A DNA stretch of 64,000 bases from positions 800,001-864,000 of the forward strand of contig CAVURN010000001.1 in the NCBI GenBank assembly GCA_963743915.1, in the 5' to 3' direction. The notes below the pieces were generated by a model, which was not told the DNA's origin, ran no database searches, and saw nothing but the letters and a program-made list of their open reading frames with translations. This document shows, piece after piece, positions 32,616 through 43,495 of the stretch. This stretch comes from an uncultured Actinomycetota bacterium (GTDB lineage: Bacteria > Actinomycetota > Actinomycetes > JAHEKZ01). The translations under genes and the position numbers were made by a program. The first letter of the stretch is position 1. Each line of letters opens with the position of its first letter.

Positions 32616-33329
32616 ATGCTGGTCGCCGCTGCGGTGCTCCCGCACCCTCCGCTCCTTGTCCCGGCGGTCGCCGCGGGCGCAGCTGCTCAGCTCGACGAGC
32701 TGCGAGCGGCCTGCCACAAGGCGGTGGAAGCGGTGCTGTCGGCCGAGGTCGACGGTGTGCTGGTGGTCGGTGCCGGACCGCGGCGCGCGACGTTCGGGCC
32801 TGGCGCCCGCGGCACCCTCAGCGGGTTCGGCGTCCCCATGGATGTCGGGGTGCCGGGAGCCCCGCCGTCCGGCGAGCCCGTCCTGCCGCTGTCGGCAACG
32901 ATCGGCTGCTGGCTGCTCGCCGACCTCGTCGTGCCGGCACCGACCAGGGTCGAGGTCGTGCCAGAGGACGCCGCGCCGCACGATGCGGTTGCCCTCGGCG
33001 CCGAGCTGGTGGCCCCAGCCGGTCGGTGGGCTCTCGTGGTCATGGGGGACGGGTCGTCGGCGTTGACCGCCAAGGCTCCCGGCTACGTCGTGGAGGGCGC
33101 GGCCGGCTGGCAGGCAGAGGTCGAACGCATGCTGGCGACCGCTGACGTCGAGGGGCTGGCCGCGCTGTCACCGACGGAGGCGTCCCGCTTCCACGCCGCT
33201 GGCCGCGCTCCGTGGCAGGTGCTCGCCGGTGCCGCAGCCGACGGCACGTGGCAGAGCACGCTGCTGGCTGCCGAGGCTCCGTACGGCGTCGGCTACGTGG
33301 TCGCGACGTGGCTGCGTGGCACCGCATGA
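32616..33329 (+). CDS. Class III extradiol dioxygenase subunit B-like domain protein
   Basis: [34 protein letters not shown]. Usual miaB-miaA neighbour. Confidence 0.8.
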   Translation: MLVAAAVLPHPPLLVPAVAAGAAAQLDELRAACHKAVEAVLSAEVDGVLVVGAGPRRATFGPGARGTLSGFGVPMDVGVPGAPPSGEPVLPLSATIGCWLLADLVVPAPTRVEVVPEDAAPHDAVALGAELVAPAGRWALVVMGDGSSALTAKAPGYVVEGAAGWQAEVERMLATADVEGLAALSPTEASRFHAAGRAPWQVLAGAAADGTWQSTLLAAEAPYGVGYVVATWLRGTA

Positions 33330-34177
33330 CGCGGTGTGTCGCCGTCGTCGGCCCCACTGCCGCCGGCAAGTCCGACTGTGCACTGGACCTGGCCGAGACC
33401 CTCGGCGGTGAGGTGGTCAACGCCGACTCGATGCAGCTCTACCGGGGCATGGACATCGGGACGGCGAAGCTCCCGGTCGCCGAGCGACGCGGGGTGCCCC
33501 ACCATCTGCTCGACATCTGGCCCGTGACGCGGACGGCGACGCTCGCGGAGTACCAGACGCTGGCGCTGGAGGTGGTGGACGACATCGCTGGACGCGGTGG
33601 CGTGCCGATCCTGGTCGGTGGCTCGGGCATGTACGTCCACGCGGTGGTGGACCGCTGGGACATCCCCGGCACCGACGAGCGCGTGCGTGAGCGGTTGGAC
33701 GCCGAGCTCGCGGAGGTCGGACCCGAGGCGTTGCACGCGCGCCTGGCCGAGCGCGACCCGATCGCCGCGGCCGCGATCCTGCCGACGAACGGACGCCGCA
33801 TCGTGCGCGCACTGGAGGTGGTCGAGATGCGGGGGTCGTTCTCCGCGACCCTGCCACGGTTCGAGCCCAACCCCGACTGGCAGCTGATCGGCTTGCGAGT
33901 CACCAGGGACGAGCTCGACGAACGCATCGCGCGTCGGGTCTCCCACATGTGGGACGCCGGGCTGGTCGACGAGGTCCGCGGACTCGAGCGCGAGGGACTG
34001 CGCGAGGGCCGCACGGCGTCCCGCGCGCTCGGCTACGCCCAGGTGCTCGACGTCCTCGCGGGGGAGTGCAGCGAGGACGAGGCCCGCGAGGAGACGGTGC
34101 GCGCCACCCGTCGGTTCGCGCGTCGGCAGGAGTCGTGGTTCGGTCGCGACCCCCGCATCGAGTGGCGTCCGGCGTAG
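33326..34177 (+). CDS. miaA: tRNA dimethylallyltransferase
   Basis: [48 protein letters not shown]. Confidence 0.97.
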   Translation: MTRCVAVVGPTAAGKSDCALDLAETLGGEVVNADSMQLYRGMDIGTAKLPVAERRGVPHHLLDIWPVTRTATLAEYQTLALEVVDDIAGRGGVPILVGGSGMYVHAVVDRWDIPGTDERVRERLDAELAEVGPEALHARLAERDPIAAAAILPTNGRRIVRALEVVEMRGSFSATLPRFEPNPDWQLIGLRVTRDELDERIARRVSHMWDAGLVDEVRGLEREGLREGRTASRALGYAQVLDVLAGECSEDEAREETVRATRRFARRQESWFGRDPRIEWRPA

Positions 34178-34188
34178 GCTCCGGTGCC

Positions 34189-35005
34189 GTGAGCGCGACG
34201 GGACCGGCTTTCCTCAAGGGCCACGGCACCGAGAACGACTTCGTCGTGATCCTCGACCCCGACGGCACCCACGGACTCACCTCGAGCCAGGTCAGCGACC
34301 TGTGCGACCGTCGTCGTGGGCTCGGCGCCGACGGCGTCCTGCGTGCTGCGCCCGGTGAGTCCGGCTGGTTCATGGACTACCGCAACGCCGACGGCAGTGT
34401 CTCGGAGATGTGCGGGAACGGGGCGAGGCTCTTCGCGCTGGCGCTGCGGGACGCGGGCCTGGTGACCGAGGCGACCTTCGCCGATCGAGACGCGTGGCGG
34501 CGTCCGCACCGCCACCGTGGAGGACAGCGCGGTGACGGTGTCGATGGGACGCGCCACCTCGGTGGACGTCGTGGCGGAGGTCCGCACGGAGCGCGGAACC
34601 TGGTCGGCGACGCCGGTGTGGGTGCCGAACCCGCACGCCGTGACCTGGGTGGACGCTCTGGACGACGCGGGATCGCTCACCGAGCCGCCCGCCGTGACGC
34701 CCGCCGACGTCTATCCCCAGGGCGTCAACGTCGAGTTCGTCGTCGGTCTGTCCGACCACCACATCGCGCTCCGGGTGCACGAGCGAGGCGTCGGCGAGAC
34801 CCGATCGTGCGGCACCGGCGCCGTTGCCGCGGCCTGGGCCTGGCGCCGACGGACGGGTCGCCCCGACGCGTCCATCGAGGTGGACGTCCCCGGCGGGACG
34901 GTCCACGTCACCGAGCACGCCGACGGCGAGCTCGACCTGCGAGGCCCTGCAGTGATCGTCGGACGCGGAACCATCGACGCCCGCTGGTGGAAGGAGCACG
35001 CGTGA
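34189..35005 (+). CDS. dapF: Diaminopimelate epimerase (frameshifted near 34480)
   Basis: [13 protein letters not shown] and EMCGNG in the first frame. NPHAV, NVEF and [13 protein letters not shown] in the second. Confidence 0.93.
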
Positions 35006-35748
35006 CCGGCATGAGTGCGCGCGAGACCGCCGTCGCCGCCAAGGGGCCGATCGGCAGCCTCGGGGGCGCCTGGATGACCTCGGACGCCGAGGAGCAGGCC
35101 ACCGTCGACGCCGGGCTCGAAGGCTGGCAGCTGTACTTCCTGGCCCGGCACGGGGTCCTCGGCGACGTGGATGCCGACGTCGTGCTCGCGTCCGCGTACG
35201 TGTTTCCCGCCGACCACCTGCGCCGCCAGTGGGACGCTGCGCGACGGGTGATGACGCCCGATGCGGCGGTGGGCCGCTACCTCGACCTGCTGCACGACTG
35301 GGGCGCACAGCACCTGTCCGGCTTCGCCGGCGCTGCACGGCTCGCTGAGCTCGGCCAGCGGGTCATCGACGGGTCCGACGTCGTGGCGCTGCCACTCTTC
35401 GCCGGCTGGCGCGCCCTGCCGGTGCCCTCGTCAGCGCCGGAGCGCTGCGCCCACGTCTGCCAGGTGCTGCGCGAGCACCGCGGGGCATGCCACGGCGTCG
35501 CGCTGGCGGCGCTGGGGATGCCCCCGCTGACCGCCATCCTCACGAACATCGGAGGCGAGGCGAACGCCCTCGACTACGGCTGGGAGCCCCCGTTCCCGGA
35601 GCCGACCGACGCCGAGCGAGAGCTCCGGGTCCGGGTCGAGGAGCTGACCGACGACGTGGCGGCTCCGGCCTACGCCGCGCTCGATGACGCTGAGCAGGCT
35701 GAGCTGGTGAGCCTGCTGGACGCCGCCTCCACCCACGCCTTTGGCTGA
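35002..35748 (+). CDS. SCO6745-like conserved protein
   Basis: [30 protein letters not shown] and GW motifs. GTGA overlap with dapF. Confidence 0.7.
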   Translation: MTGMSARETAVAAKGPIGSLGGAWMTSDAEEQATVDAGLEGWQLYFLARHGVLGDVDADVVLASAYVFPADHLRRQWDAARRVMTPDAAVGRYLDLLHDWGAQHLSGFAGAARLAELGQRVIDGSDVVALPLFAGWRALPVPSSAPERCAHVCQVLREHRGACHGVALAALGMPPLTAILTNIGGEANALDYGWEPPFPEPTDAERELRVRVEELTDDVAAPAYAALDDAEQAELVSLLDAASTHAFG

Positions 35749-35771
35749 GCCACCCACGCCTGCCCGCCTGC

Positions 35772-35845
35772 CGGTGATCGGAGCAGAATCGTCATCTGGA
35801 GCCATCGATCAGCCCGCGAAAGTGACTGAGATGCTCCGATCACCG
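35772..35845. repeat. Intergenic palindromic element (family A)
   Basis: 14-bp perfect termini CGGTGATCGGAGCA...TGCTCCGATCACCG. Confidence 0.8.
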
Positions 35846-35901
35846 CGGCGGGCTTGGCGAAGGGGAAACCGACTTGCTGGGACATGAGATCCTGGGAACC
35901 G

Positions 35902-37350
35902 ATGGATCCCACCCCGGTCGGCGCCGCCGACTCCTCTGACACCGCGTCCGCGGACCCCGTGCCCCTGCACAGGGCCGGCGTGCCGGACACCGGCACCCTC
36001 GACCTCGAGGACCGCTCCGCGCTGCGCCGCGTCGGGGGCTTGTCCACCGAGCTGCAGGACGTCTCCGAGGTCGAGTACCGGCAGGTGCGGCTCGAGCGGG
36101 TCGTCCTGGTGGGCGTCTGGACGCAGGGGACCGTGACCGACGCCGAGAACTCGCTGCGCGAGCTGGCCGCGCTGGCCGAGACCGCGGGTGCCGACGTCCT
36201 GGACGGGGTGATCCAGCGCCGCGACAAGCCGGACGCCGCCACCTACATCGGGTCCGGCAAGGCGCGTGAGCTGCGGGACATCGTGATCGAGCACCAGGCC
36301 GACACCGTGATCTGCGACGGGGAGCTGACTCCCGGCCAGCTGATCCAGCTCGAGGACGTCGTCAAGGTCAAGGTGGTCGACCGCACCTGGCTGATCCTGG
36401 ACATCTTCGCCCAGCACGCCAAGAGCCGTGAGGGCAAGGCGCAGGTGTCACTGGCGCAGATGCAGTACCTGCTGCCGCGCCTCCGCGGCTGGGGTGAGTC
36501 ACTGTCACGACAGGCCGGTGGGCGCGCCGGTGGTGCCACCGGTGGGGTCGGCACACGTGGTCCCGGTGAGACCAAGATCGAGACCGACCGGCGTCGGATC
36601 CGGGACAAGGTGGCCAAGCTCCGCCGCGAGCTACGGGTCATGGAGACGTCCCGTGCCACCAAGCGTGGACGTCGACGCGCCAACCGCGTTCCGGCGGTGG
36701 CGCTCGCGGGCTACACCAACGCGGGCAAGTCGAGCCTGATGAACCGGCTCACCGGCGCCGGTGTGCTCGTCGACAACTCGCTCTTCGCCACGCTCGACCC
36801 GACCGTGCGCAAGGCGTTCACCGACGACGGTCGGCTGTACACGATCGCCGACACCGTCGGGTTCGTCCGCCACCTGCCCCACCAGCTGGTCGAGGCGTTC
36901 CGCTCCACGCTGGAGGAGGTCACCGAGGCGGACGTCGTGCTGCACGTGGTCGACGCCTCGGACGCCGACCCGGAGCGCCAGCTGCTGTCGGTGCGCGAGG
37001 TCCTCGACGAGATCGGGGCCGCGAACCTCCCGGAGATCGTCCTCATCAACAAGGCCGACCTCGCCGACGCGATTACGATCGCTCGGCTGCGCCGGCTCGA
37101 ACCGGGCGCGGTGGTCGTCTCAGCCCGCACCGGCCAGGGCATCGACGAGCTGCGCGCGCGGATCGAGGGCGCGCTCCCGCACCCCCCGGTGAACGTCGAG
37201 GTCCTGGTGCCCTACGACCGCGGCGACCTCGTGTCACGTCTGCACTCCGAGGGCGAGGTGCTGGGCGAGGAGCACCGCCCGGACGGCACCCTCGTGACGG
37301 CGCGCGTCCACCCCGACCTGGCGGCTGCCCTGCAGCCCATGCGCGTCTGA
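35902..37350 (+). CDS. hflX: GTPase HflX
   Basis: LILDIFAQHA, GPGETKIE, GYTNAGKS, FATLD, DTVG, NKAD. Start position uncertain. Confidence 0.96.
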   Translation: MDPTPVGAADSSDTASADPVPLHRAGVPDTGTLDLEDRSALRRVGGLSTELQDVSEVEYRQVRLERVVLVGVWTQGTVTDAENSLRELAALAETAGADVLDGVIQRRDKPDAATYIGSGKARELRDIVIEHQADTVICDGELTPGQLIQLEDVVKVKVVDRTWLILDIFAQHAKSREGKAQVSLAQMQYLLPRLRGWGESLSRQAGGRAGGATGGVGTRGPGETKIETDRRRIRDKVAKLRRELRVMETSRATKRGRRRANRVPAVALAGYTNAGKSSLMNRLTGAGVLVDNSLFATLDPTVRKAFTDDGRLYTIADTVGFVRHLPHQLVEAFRSTLEEVTEADVVLHVVDASDADPERQLLSVREVLDEIGAANLPEIVLINKADLADAITIARLRRLEPGAVVVSARTGQGIDELRARIEGALPHPPVNVEVLVPYDRGDLVSRLHSEGEVLGEEHRPDGTLVTARVHPDLAAALQPMRV

Positions 37351-37356
37351 CCGCCG

Positions 37357-38514
37357 TCAGAGGCCACGGACGGCGTTGAAGGCGTCCTGGTAGCGGGTCT
37401 CCTCCTCCTCGTCGAGGGCGCGGAAGATGTGGCCCTGCGCCAGGAACTCCTCGCTCGGGAAGATCAGCTCGTTGTCGGCGAGCTCCGGATCGGTCTTGGC
37501 CAGCACCTCCTGTGCGCCGTCCACCGGGGTGATGAAGTTGACCCATGCCGCCACCTGGGCCGCGACCTCGGGCCGGTAGTAGTAGTCGATCCACTTCTCG
37601 GCGTTGGACTGGTGCAGCGCGCCGACGGGCACCAGCAGGTTGTCCGACCAGAGCACGAACCCGGACTCCGGGATCACCAGGGTGAGGTCGGGGTTGTCGA
37701 TCTGCAGCTGGTTGATGTCGCCGGAGTAGGTCATGGACGCTGCGAGGTCGCCCTTGGACAGCGCCTGCCCGTAGTTGGCGTCGGCGAACTGTCGGATGTG
37801 CCCGCTGTCCGCGGCGTCCTGCAGCAGGCCGAGCGCGGCGTCGAACTGCTCGTCGGTGAAGTCGGAAGGGTCGGCGCCCTGGTCGAGCATGATCAGGCCG
37901 ACGGTGTCGCGCATCTCGGTGAACACCGCCACCTTGCCCGCCAGATCAGGTCGGGTGAGCATCTCGGTGATGGACGCGATGGGGCTGTCGATCACCGACC
38001 CGTTGTAGGCGACGGAGGTGAAACCGGACTGCCAGGGCATCGACAGGCTCCGGTCCGGGTCGAACTCCGGTGACGCCAGCGACGGGATGAGGTTCTTGGC
38101 GTTCGGGATGGCGCTGCGGTCCAGCTCGTTGACGAAGCCCAGGCGGATGAGCCGAGCGGCCATCCAGTCGGTCAACACCATGAGGTCCCGTCCGATGCCC
38201 TCGCCCGACACCAGCTGCGGCCGCACCTTGGCGAAGAACTCGTTGTTGCCGGTGATGTCCTCGGTGTAGGTGACGTCGATGCCGGTCTCGTCCTCGAAGG
38301 CGGCGACGGTGGGGAAGGGATCGGGTCCCTTGCGGTCGGTGTCGATGTACAACGCCCAGTTCGAGACGCTCAGGGTGTTGTCGACCTCGGACATGTCCTC
38401 GGGAGCCGGCGCCGGCTCCTTCTGGCCGCAGCCGGCCAGCAGGGCCGAGGCTCCGGCGACGCCGCCGAGGAACGCGCGTCGGCCCAGGCGGGGGGAGTGA
38501 AGAGACGAGGACAT
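37357..38514 (-). CDS. Polyamine (PotD/PotF-like) ABC substrate-binding lipoprotein, Tat-exported
   Basis: GRRAFLG twin-arginine signal, LAGC lipobox, SNWALYID, PWQSGFT, WSDNL. Confidence 0.9.
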   Translation of the reverse strand: MSSSLHSPRLGRRAFLGGVAGASALLAGCGQKEPAPAPEDMSEVDNTLSVSNWALYIDTDRKGPDPFPTVAAFEDETGIDVTYTEDITGNNEFFAKVRPQLVSGEGIGRDLMVLTDWMAARLIRLGFVNELDRSAIPNAKNLIPSLASPEFDPDRSLSMPWQSGFTSVAYNGSVIDSPIASITEMLTRPDLAGKVAVFTEMRDTVGLIMLDQGADPSDFTDEQFDAALGLLQDAADSGHIRQFADANYGQALSKGDLAASMTYSGDINQLQIDNPDLTLVIPESGFVLWSDNLLVPVGALHQSNAEKWIDYYYRPEVAAQVAAWVNFITPVDGAQEVLAKTDPELADNELIFPSEEFLAQGHIFRALDEEEETRYQDAFNAVRGL

Positions 38515-38531
38515 GGAACTCCTTTCGATGA

Positions 38532-38571
38532 CCGGTATTGAATCAGATTCAAGAATGCGATTCAATACCGG
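38532..38571. promoter_or_regulatory. Palindromic operator region between divergent genes
   Basis: 13-bp perfect IR CCGGTATTGAATC-N14-GATTCAATACCGG, with nested TTGAATC-A-GATTCAA at 38538-38552. Confidence 0.8.
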
Positions 38572-38586
38572 ATGAGGGGAGGCGTG

Positions 38587-40203
38587 ATGGACACGTTGCT
38601 GCGGGGCGGCAGGGTCTGGTCCGGTCGGGTCGACGGCTCCCGGCCTCGAGCGGGTGCCCTGCTGGTGCGGGGCGGTCGCATCGTGTGGATGGGGTCGGAC
38701 GCCGACGCCGCTGACCTCGCGTACGACGAGGTGATCGACCTCGGCGGCCGACTGGTCACGCCGGGGATCGTCGACGCCCACAACCACGTCCGGCTCGGCA
38801 CCGGCTCGGACGCGGTTCAGCTCGCGGGCGCCACCAGCCTCGCGGAGATCCATCGGCGGATCGACACCTGGCTGCACGCCCATCCCGGCACCCCCTGGGT
38901 GCACGGTGAAGGCTTCGACTACGCGGCGCTCCCGGACGCGCGGCACCCGCGGGCCGCGGACCTCGGTGACGCCGGCGGTGGCCGACCGGTGATGCTGCTC
39001 GACTACTCGGTGCACGCTGCCTGGCTGAACCGGCCGGCGTTGGAGGCGTTCGGCATCGGCGAAGGGTCGGGTGACGTGCCCTGGGGGACGGTCGAGCGGG
39101 ACGCGTCGGGGCGTCCGACCGGCTACGTCGCGGACTTCGCCGTCAAGGGGATCTCCGACGCGGGGCAGAAGGCGCTGCAGCAGGTCTCGCCGGCCTACTC
39201 GCTGGAGGCGCAGTACGGGCGAGTGGTGGCCGGGCTGCAGATGGCCGCCCGGTACGGGATCACCACCGTGGTCGAGCCCCAGAATGCCGTCGACGACCTC
39301 GCCTTGTTCGCCCGGGCGCGCGAGGAAGGACGCGCCCCCGTGCGGGTGGTGGCCGCGCTCTTCCATCCGGCCGGCACGACGGCGTCCGAGCTGGACGCGT
39401 TCGAGGAGGCGCGCCGTCGCCACGACGACGACTGGCTCAGGGTGGGCGCGGTCAAGCTCTACATCGACGACATCGTCGAGCCTCACACCGCAGCGATGTT
39501 CGAGCCGTACGCCAACCGACCTGACACCCGCGGACACACCTACTACGACCCGGCCGAGTTCGCCGACGTCGTCACCGAGCTCGATACGCGAGGCTTTCCC
39601 TGCTTCGTGCACGCCACCGGCGACCGCGGCATCAGCACCGTCCTGGACGCCTTCGCGGAGGCACGTCGACACAACGACAGCGACCTGCGTCACCAGGTGG
39701 TCCATGTCGAGTGCGTCACCGAGCGTGACCTGGACCGCTTCACCGCGCTCGGCGTCGTGGCCTGCATGCAACCGCGTCACTGCGCACCCGAGATCGTGCA
39801 GCAGTGGCGTGCCAACGTCGGCGAGCAGCGGTGGCGCTACGCGTGGCCGATGCGGAGCCTCGCAGAGCGCGGGGCCACGCTGGCGTTCTCCAGCGACTGG
39901 AACGTGGCCGAGATGGATCCACTCGTCGGCCTGTACACCGCGCTCACCCGCTCCGACCTGTCGGGCGCGCAGACCTGGGTGCCCGAGGAGCGGGTCGACC
40001 TGGCCACCGCGCTCCATGCCTACACCTGGGGCAGCGCCTACTCGGTGCACGCCGAGCGTGACCGGGGCCACCTGTCGGTGGGGGCCAGCGCAGACCTCGC
40101 GGTGTTCTCTCGCGACCTGTTCGCGCTCGAGCCGGCCGAGCTGCTCGAGACGCAGGTCGACCTGACGATGGTCGGTGGCGAGATCGTCCACCGTACGGTG
40201 TGA
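38587..40203 (+). CDS. Amidohydrolase family 3 (YtcJ/NfdA-like)
   Basis: PGIVDAHNH, KLYIDD, VHATGD, VVHVE, MQPRH, FSSDW, GASADLAV. Confidence 0.92.
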   Translation: MDTLLRGGRVWSGRVDGSRPRAGALLVRGGRIVWMGSDADAADLAYDEVIDLGGRLVTPGIVDAHNHVRLGTGSDAVQLAGATSLAEIHRRIDTWLHAHPGTPWVHGEGFDYAALPDARHPRAADLGDAGGGRPVMLLDYSVHAAWLNRPALEAFGIGEGSGDVPWGTVERDASGRPTGYVADFAVKGISDAGQKALQQVSPAYSLEAQYGRVVAGLQMAARYGITTVVEPQNAVDDLALFARAREEGRAPVRVVAALFHPAGTTASELDAFEEARRRHDDDWLRVGAVKLYIDDIVEPHTAAMFEPYANRPDTRGHTYYDPAEFADVVTELDTRGFPCFVHATGDRGISTVLDAFAEARRHNDSDLRHQVVHVECVTERDLDRFTALGVVACMQPRHCAPEIVQQWRANVGEQRWRYAWPMRSLAERGATLAFSSDWNVAEMDPLVGLYTALTRSDLSGAQTWVPEERVDLATALHAYTWGSAYSVHAERDRGHLSVGASADLAVFSRDLFALEPAELLETQVDLTMVGGEIVHRTV

Positions 40204-40815
40204 GCGTGAGCATCCAGGGCGACGACAGCGCCGACCGGCCCGACCAGCGTCGGCGGGTGCTGCTGGCGGCGGTGGACGCGTTCGCCGAGCGCGGCGCGGA
40301 CGGCGTCCGGCTGAAGGACATCTCCGACCGGGTCGGCGATGAGCCCGGGGCACATCCTCTACTACTTCGGCCGCAAGGACCGGGTGCTGCTCGAGACGCT
40401 CCGCTGGAGCGAGACCGAGCTCGCCGAGCAGCGACGCGCTGAGCTCTCCCGGTTCCGCTCCCCGTGGCGAGCGGTCCAGCGGTTCGTCGACCTCTACCTG
40501 CCGGTGGCGTCGGACGACCCCCGCTGGAACCTCTGGGCGCAGGTCAGTGCCCGGCCGCCGGGCGACGCTCCCGGCCAGGCGCAGATCGCGGCGCTGGAGC
40601 AGGGCTGGGTCGACGACCTCGCCGACTGGGTGGCGAGAGGCGTCGACCGCCGTGACTTCGCCGCGGTGGACGCCGGTGCGTTCGCGCTGCGCTGGGTGCT
40701 GCTCATGAACGGGGTCGCCGAGCAGGTGCGGCTGCAGGTGCCGAGCCATGATGCGTCGTGGGCGCGGGGCTACTCGCTCGCCGGGATGGCCACCGAGCTC
40801 GGCGTCGACCGCTGA
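40200..40815 (+). CDS. TetR-family regulator, BetI-like C-terminus (frameshifted near 40335)
   Basis: RRRVLLAAVDAFAERG..VRLKDIS continues as MSPGHILYYFGRKDRVL. GTGA overlap with the amidohydrolase. Confidence 0.88.
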
Positions 40816-40869
40816 TGCGGCGTCTGTGGACGCCGCACCCTCCGCCGAGCGGCCCCCTACGCTGAAGCG

Positions 40870-43343
40870 GTGTCCGACACCCCCTCCGTGAACGCCCTGC
40901 TCGAGGCGGCCGTCGCCGCCATCGGCGGGACCCCGCGCGAGGGCCAGCAGCAGATGGCCGAGGCGGTGGCGGACGCGCTCGAGACCGGTGAGCACCTGCT
41001 GGTCCAGGCGGGCACCGGCACCGGCAAGTCGCTCGCCTACCTCGTCCCGGTGCTCGCCCACCACGACCGCGCCACGGTGGCCACGGCCACCATCGCGCTG
41101 CAGCGCCAGCTGGTCGACCGCGACCTGCCTCGGCTGGTCGAGGCGCTCGCCCCGCTGCTCGGACGGCGTCCGACCTTCGCGATGCTCAAGGGACGCAGCA
41201 ACTACCTCTGTCTGCACCGGCTGCGGTCGGGGGAGCAGGCGCCGGACGAGGAGGACGCGCTCTTCACGCCTTCGCCCACCTCCAAGGCGGGTCGCGACGT
41301 CCTGCGGATCCGTGAGTGGGCCGAGTCCACCGAGACCGGCGACCGGGACGAGGTCGTCCCCGCACCCGACGACCGAGCGTGGCGGAGCCTGTCGGTGACG
41401 CCTCACGAGTGTCTCGGTGCTCAGCGGTGCCCGTTCGCCGACGAGTGCTGGACCGAGGTCGCTCGCGAGCGCGCCCGCGACGCCGACGTCGTCGTCACCA
41501 ACCACGCGATGCTCGCGATCGACTCGCTCTCCGACGCCCGGCTGCTGCCCGAGTCCGACGTCGTCGTGGTCGACGAGGCGCACGAGCTGGCCGACCGCGC
41601 GACGGGAGCCGTCACCGACGAGCTCACCGCTGCCATGGTGGAGCGCGCCGCACGTCGCGGCCGGAAGTTCGCCGGCGAGGACCCCACCGAGCGGCTGCTG
41701 GACGCGGCGGCCGCCCTCGAGGGAGTGCTGGCCGAGGCACCGGAGGGACGGCTCACCGAGGTCACCGGGCGGCTCTTCGACGTGCTCGTCGCGGTGCGCG
41801 ACGCCGGGCACGATTCGCTGAGCGCGATCGGCACCGCCAAGGGCGGCGACGACGACCTCGCCACCCGCGTCCGCGCGCGCGCCGCGGTCGAAGAGGTGCA
41901 CGAGGTCGCCGGGCGCCTGGTGGTGGCCGGCGAGCAGGACGTCGTCTGGCTCAGCAAGCCCGAGCGGCGTCCGCCGACCCTCTACCGCGCGCCGCTCTTC
42001 GTCGGCGGCCTGCTGCGCGGGGGGCTCTTCGAGGAGCGCCGGGTGATCCTGACCTCGGCCACCCTCGAGCTCGGCGGCGGGTTCGAACCGCTGGCGCGCG
42101 GCGTCGGCCTGACCGGCGAAGGCGCGCCGGCATGGCGGGGGCTCGACGTCGGGTCGCCCTTCGACTACGGCAGGCAGGCGATCCTCTACATGGCGGCGCA
42201 CCTGCCCCAGCCCGGCCGCGACGGGCTCGCCGAGGAGACGCTCACCGAGCTCGCCGAGCTGGTCGAGGCGGCAGGCGGACGCACGCTCGGGCTGTTCTCG
42301 TCGATGCGAGCGGCACAGCAGGCCGCCGAGGCCATGCGCGAACGGCTCGACCTGCCGATCCTCTGCCAAGGGGAGGACGCCACTCCTGAGCTGGTGCGGG
42401 CCTTCGCCGCCGACGCCCGCACCTGCCTGTTCGGAACGCTCTCGCTGTGGCAGGGGGTGGACGTGCCGGGGTCCGCGTTGCAGCTGGTGGTCATCGACCG
42501 GCTGCCGTTCCCCCGTCCGGACGACCCGTTGGCCTCGGCCCGGGCGAGGTACGTCGAGACGCACGGGGGCAACGGGTTCATGGCGGTCTCCGCGACGCAG
42601 GCGGCGCTGCGGCTGGCGCAGGGCTCGGGGCGGCTGATCCGCTCCGCTGACGACCGCGGCGTCGTGGCCGTGCTCGACTCGCGGCTCGCCCGCGCCCGGT
42701 ACGCCGACTTCATCCGGGCGTCGCTGCCCCCGATGTGGCCCACGACCGACGGCGCCCTCGTGCGGGCGTCCCTCGCCAAGATCGATGCCACAGCACCCCC
42801 GGTGCTCCCCGTCCCCGAGCGCGTCCTGGGTGCTGCCTCCGCCGCGACGTCGGAAGCCAGCGACACCGGCAGCCGCCAGGGACGCCGCTGGACCGATGAG
42901 GAGGACGCCCAGCTCTCCGCCGGGTTCGCCGAGGGCACGCCCCGCGGCGCTGCTGGCCGACGAGCTGGGACGGACGCGATCGGCGATCGGCGGTCGGCTG
43001 AAGGCGCAGGGACTGGTGGCGCGGGTGGTCTGGCGCGACGGCGTCGCCGTGCCCAGCACCGACAAGGCCCTGGCGTACGCGCTGACCGAGGTGCCTCCGC
43101 CGCTGCGCACCTCCGTCGATGGCGGTCGCCGAGGCGCTCGAGGCCGACGACTGGGGTGTCGAGCCGGAGGGTGCGGCGCTCCGCGTGACCACCGACCCCG
43201 CCGGTGAGGAGCTCGACGCCCTGGTGGCGGTGGAATCGGCCGACCCGCTGCTGATGGGTCAGGCGTCCAGCCGGATCCTGGTGGCCGAGCTCGACGTGTG
43301 CCCGCCGGGCACGGACGCCGTCGTCGCGCCGCGACCCCGCTGA
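40870..43343 (+). CDS. dinG: DinG/YoaA-family helicase with C-terminal extension (indels near 42942 and 43110)
   Basis: QAGTGTGKS, KGRSNYLC with Fe-S Cys, DEAH, TSAT, WQGVDVPG, QGSGRLIR. The end at 43343 assumes two indels; as given the ORF stops at 43188. Confidence 0.9.
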
Positions 43344-43384
43344 TGGCCACGCGACGATCCGGCCGGGCATGGCGACGGGCCCGA

Positions 43385-43400
43385 CGTGACGCGTCTCACG
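43385..43400. promoter_or_regulatory. CRP/GlxR-like site
   Basis: CGTGA-CGCGTC-TCACG, about 95 bp upstream of the methyltransferase ATG. Confidence 0.45.
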
Positions 43401-43495
43401 TGCCCTCGGCGTCAAGACCGGTCCGGGCGCGGTCGAGAACGTCGCTGACCGGATCTGTTGACCGGCCCACCCAACCTGCAAGGACCCCCTCTTCC

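Noticed and set aside
33949-35748. Apparent DapF/SCO6745-like fusion (599 aa)
   Set aside because: An artefact of the dapF indel. The DapF C-half lies in another frame and has its own stop at 35005.
37357-43350. 1997-aa minus-strand ORF as a giant protein
   Set aside because: Only the last 385 aa (from 38514) form a real binding protein. The rest is the stop-poor antisense shadow of the amidohydrolase, tetR and dinG genes.
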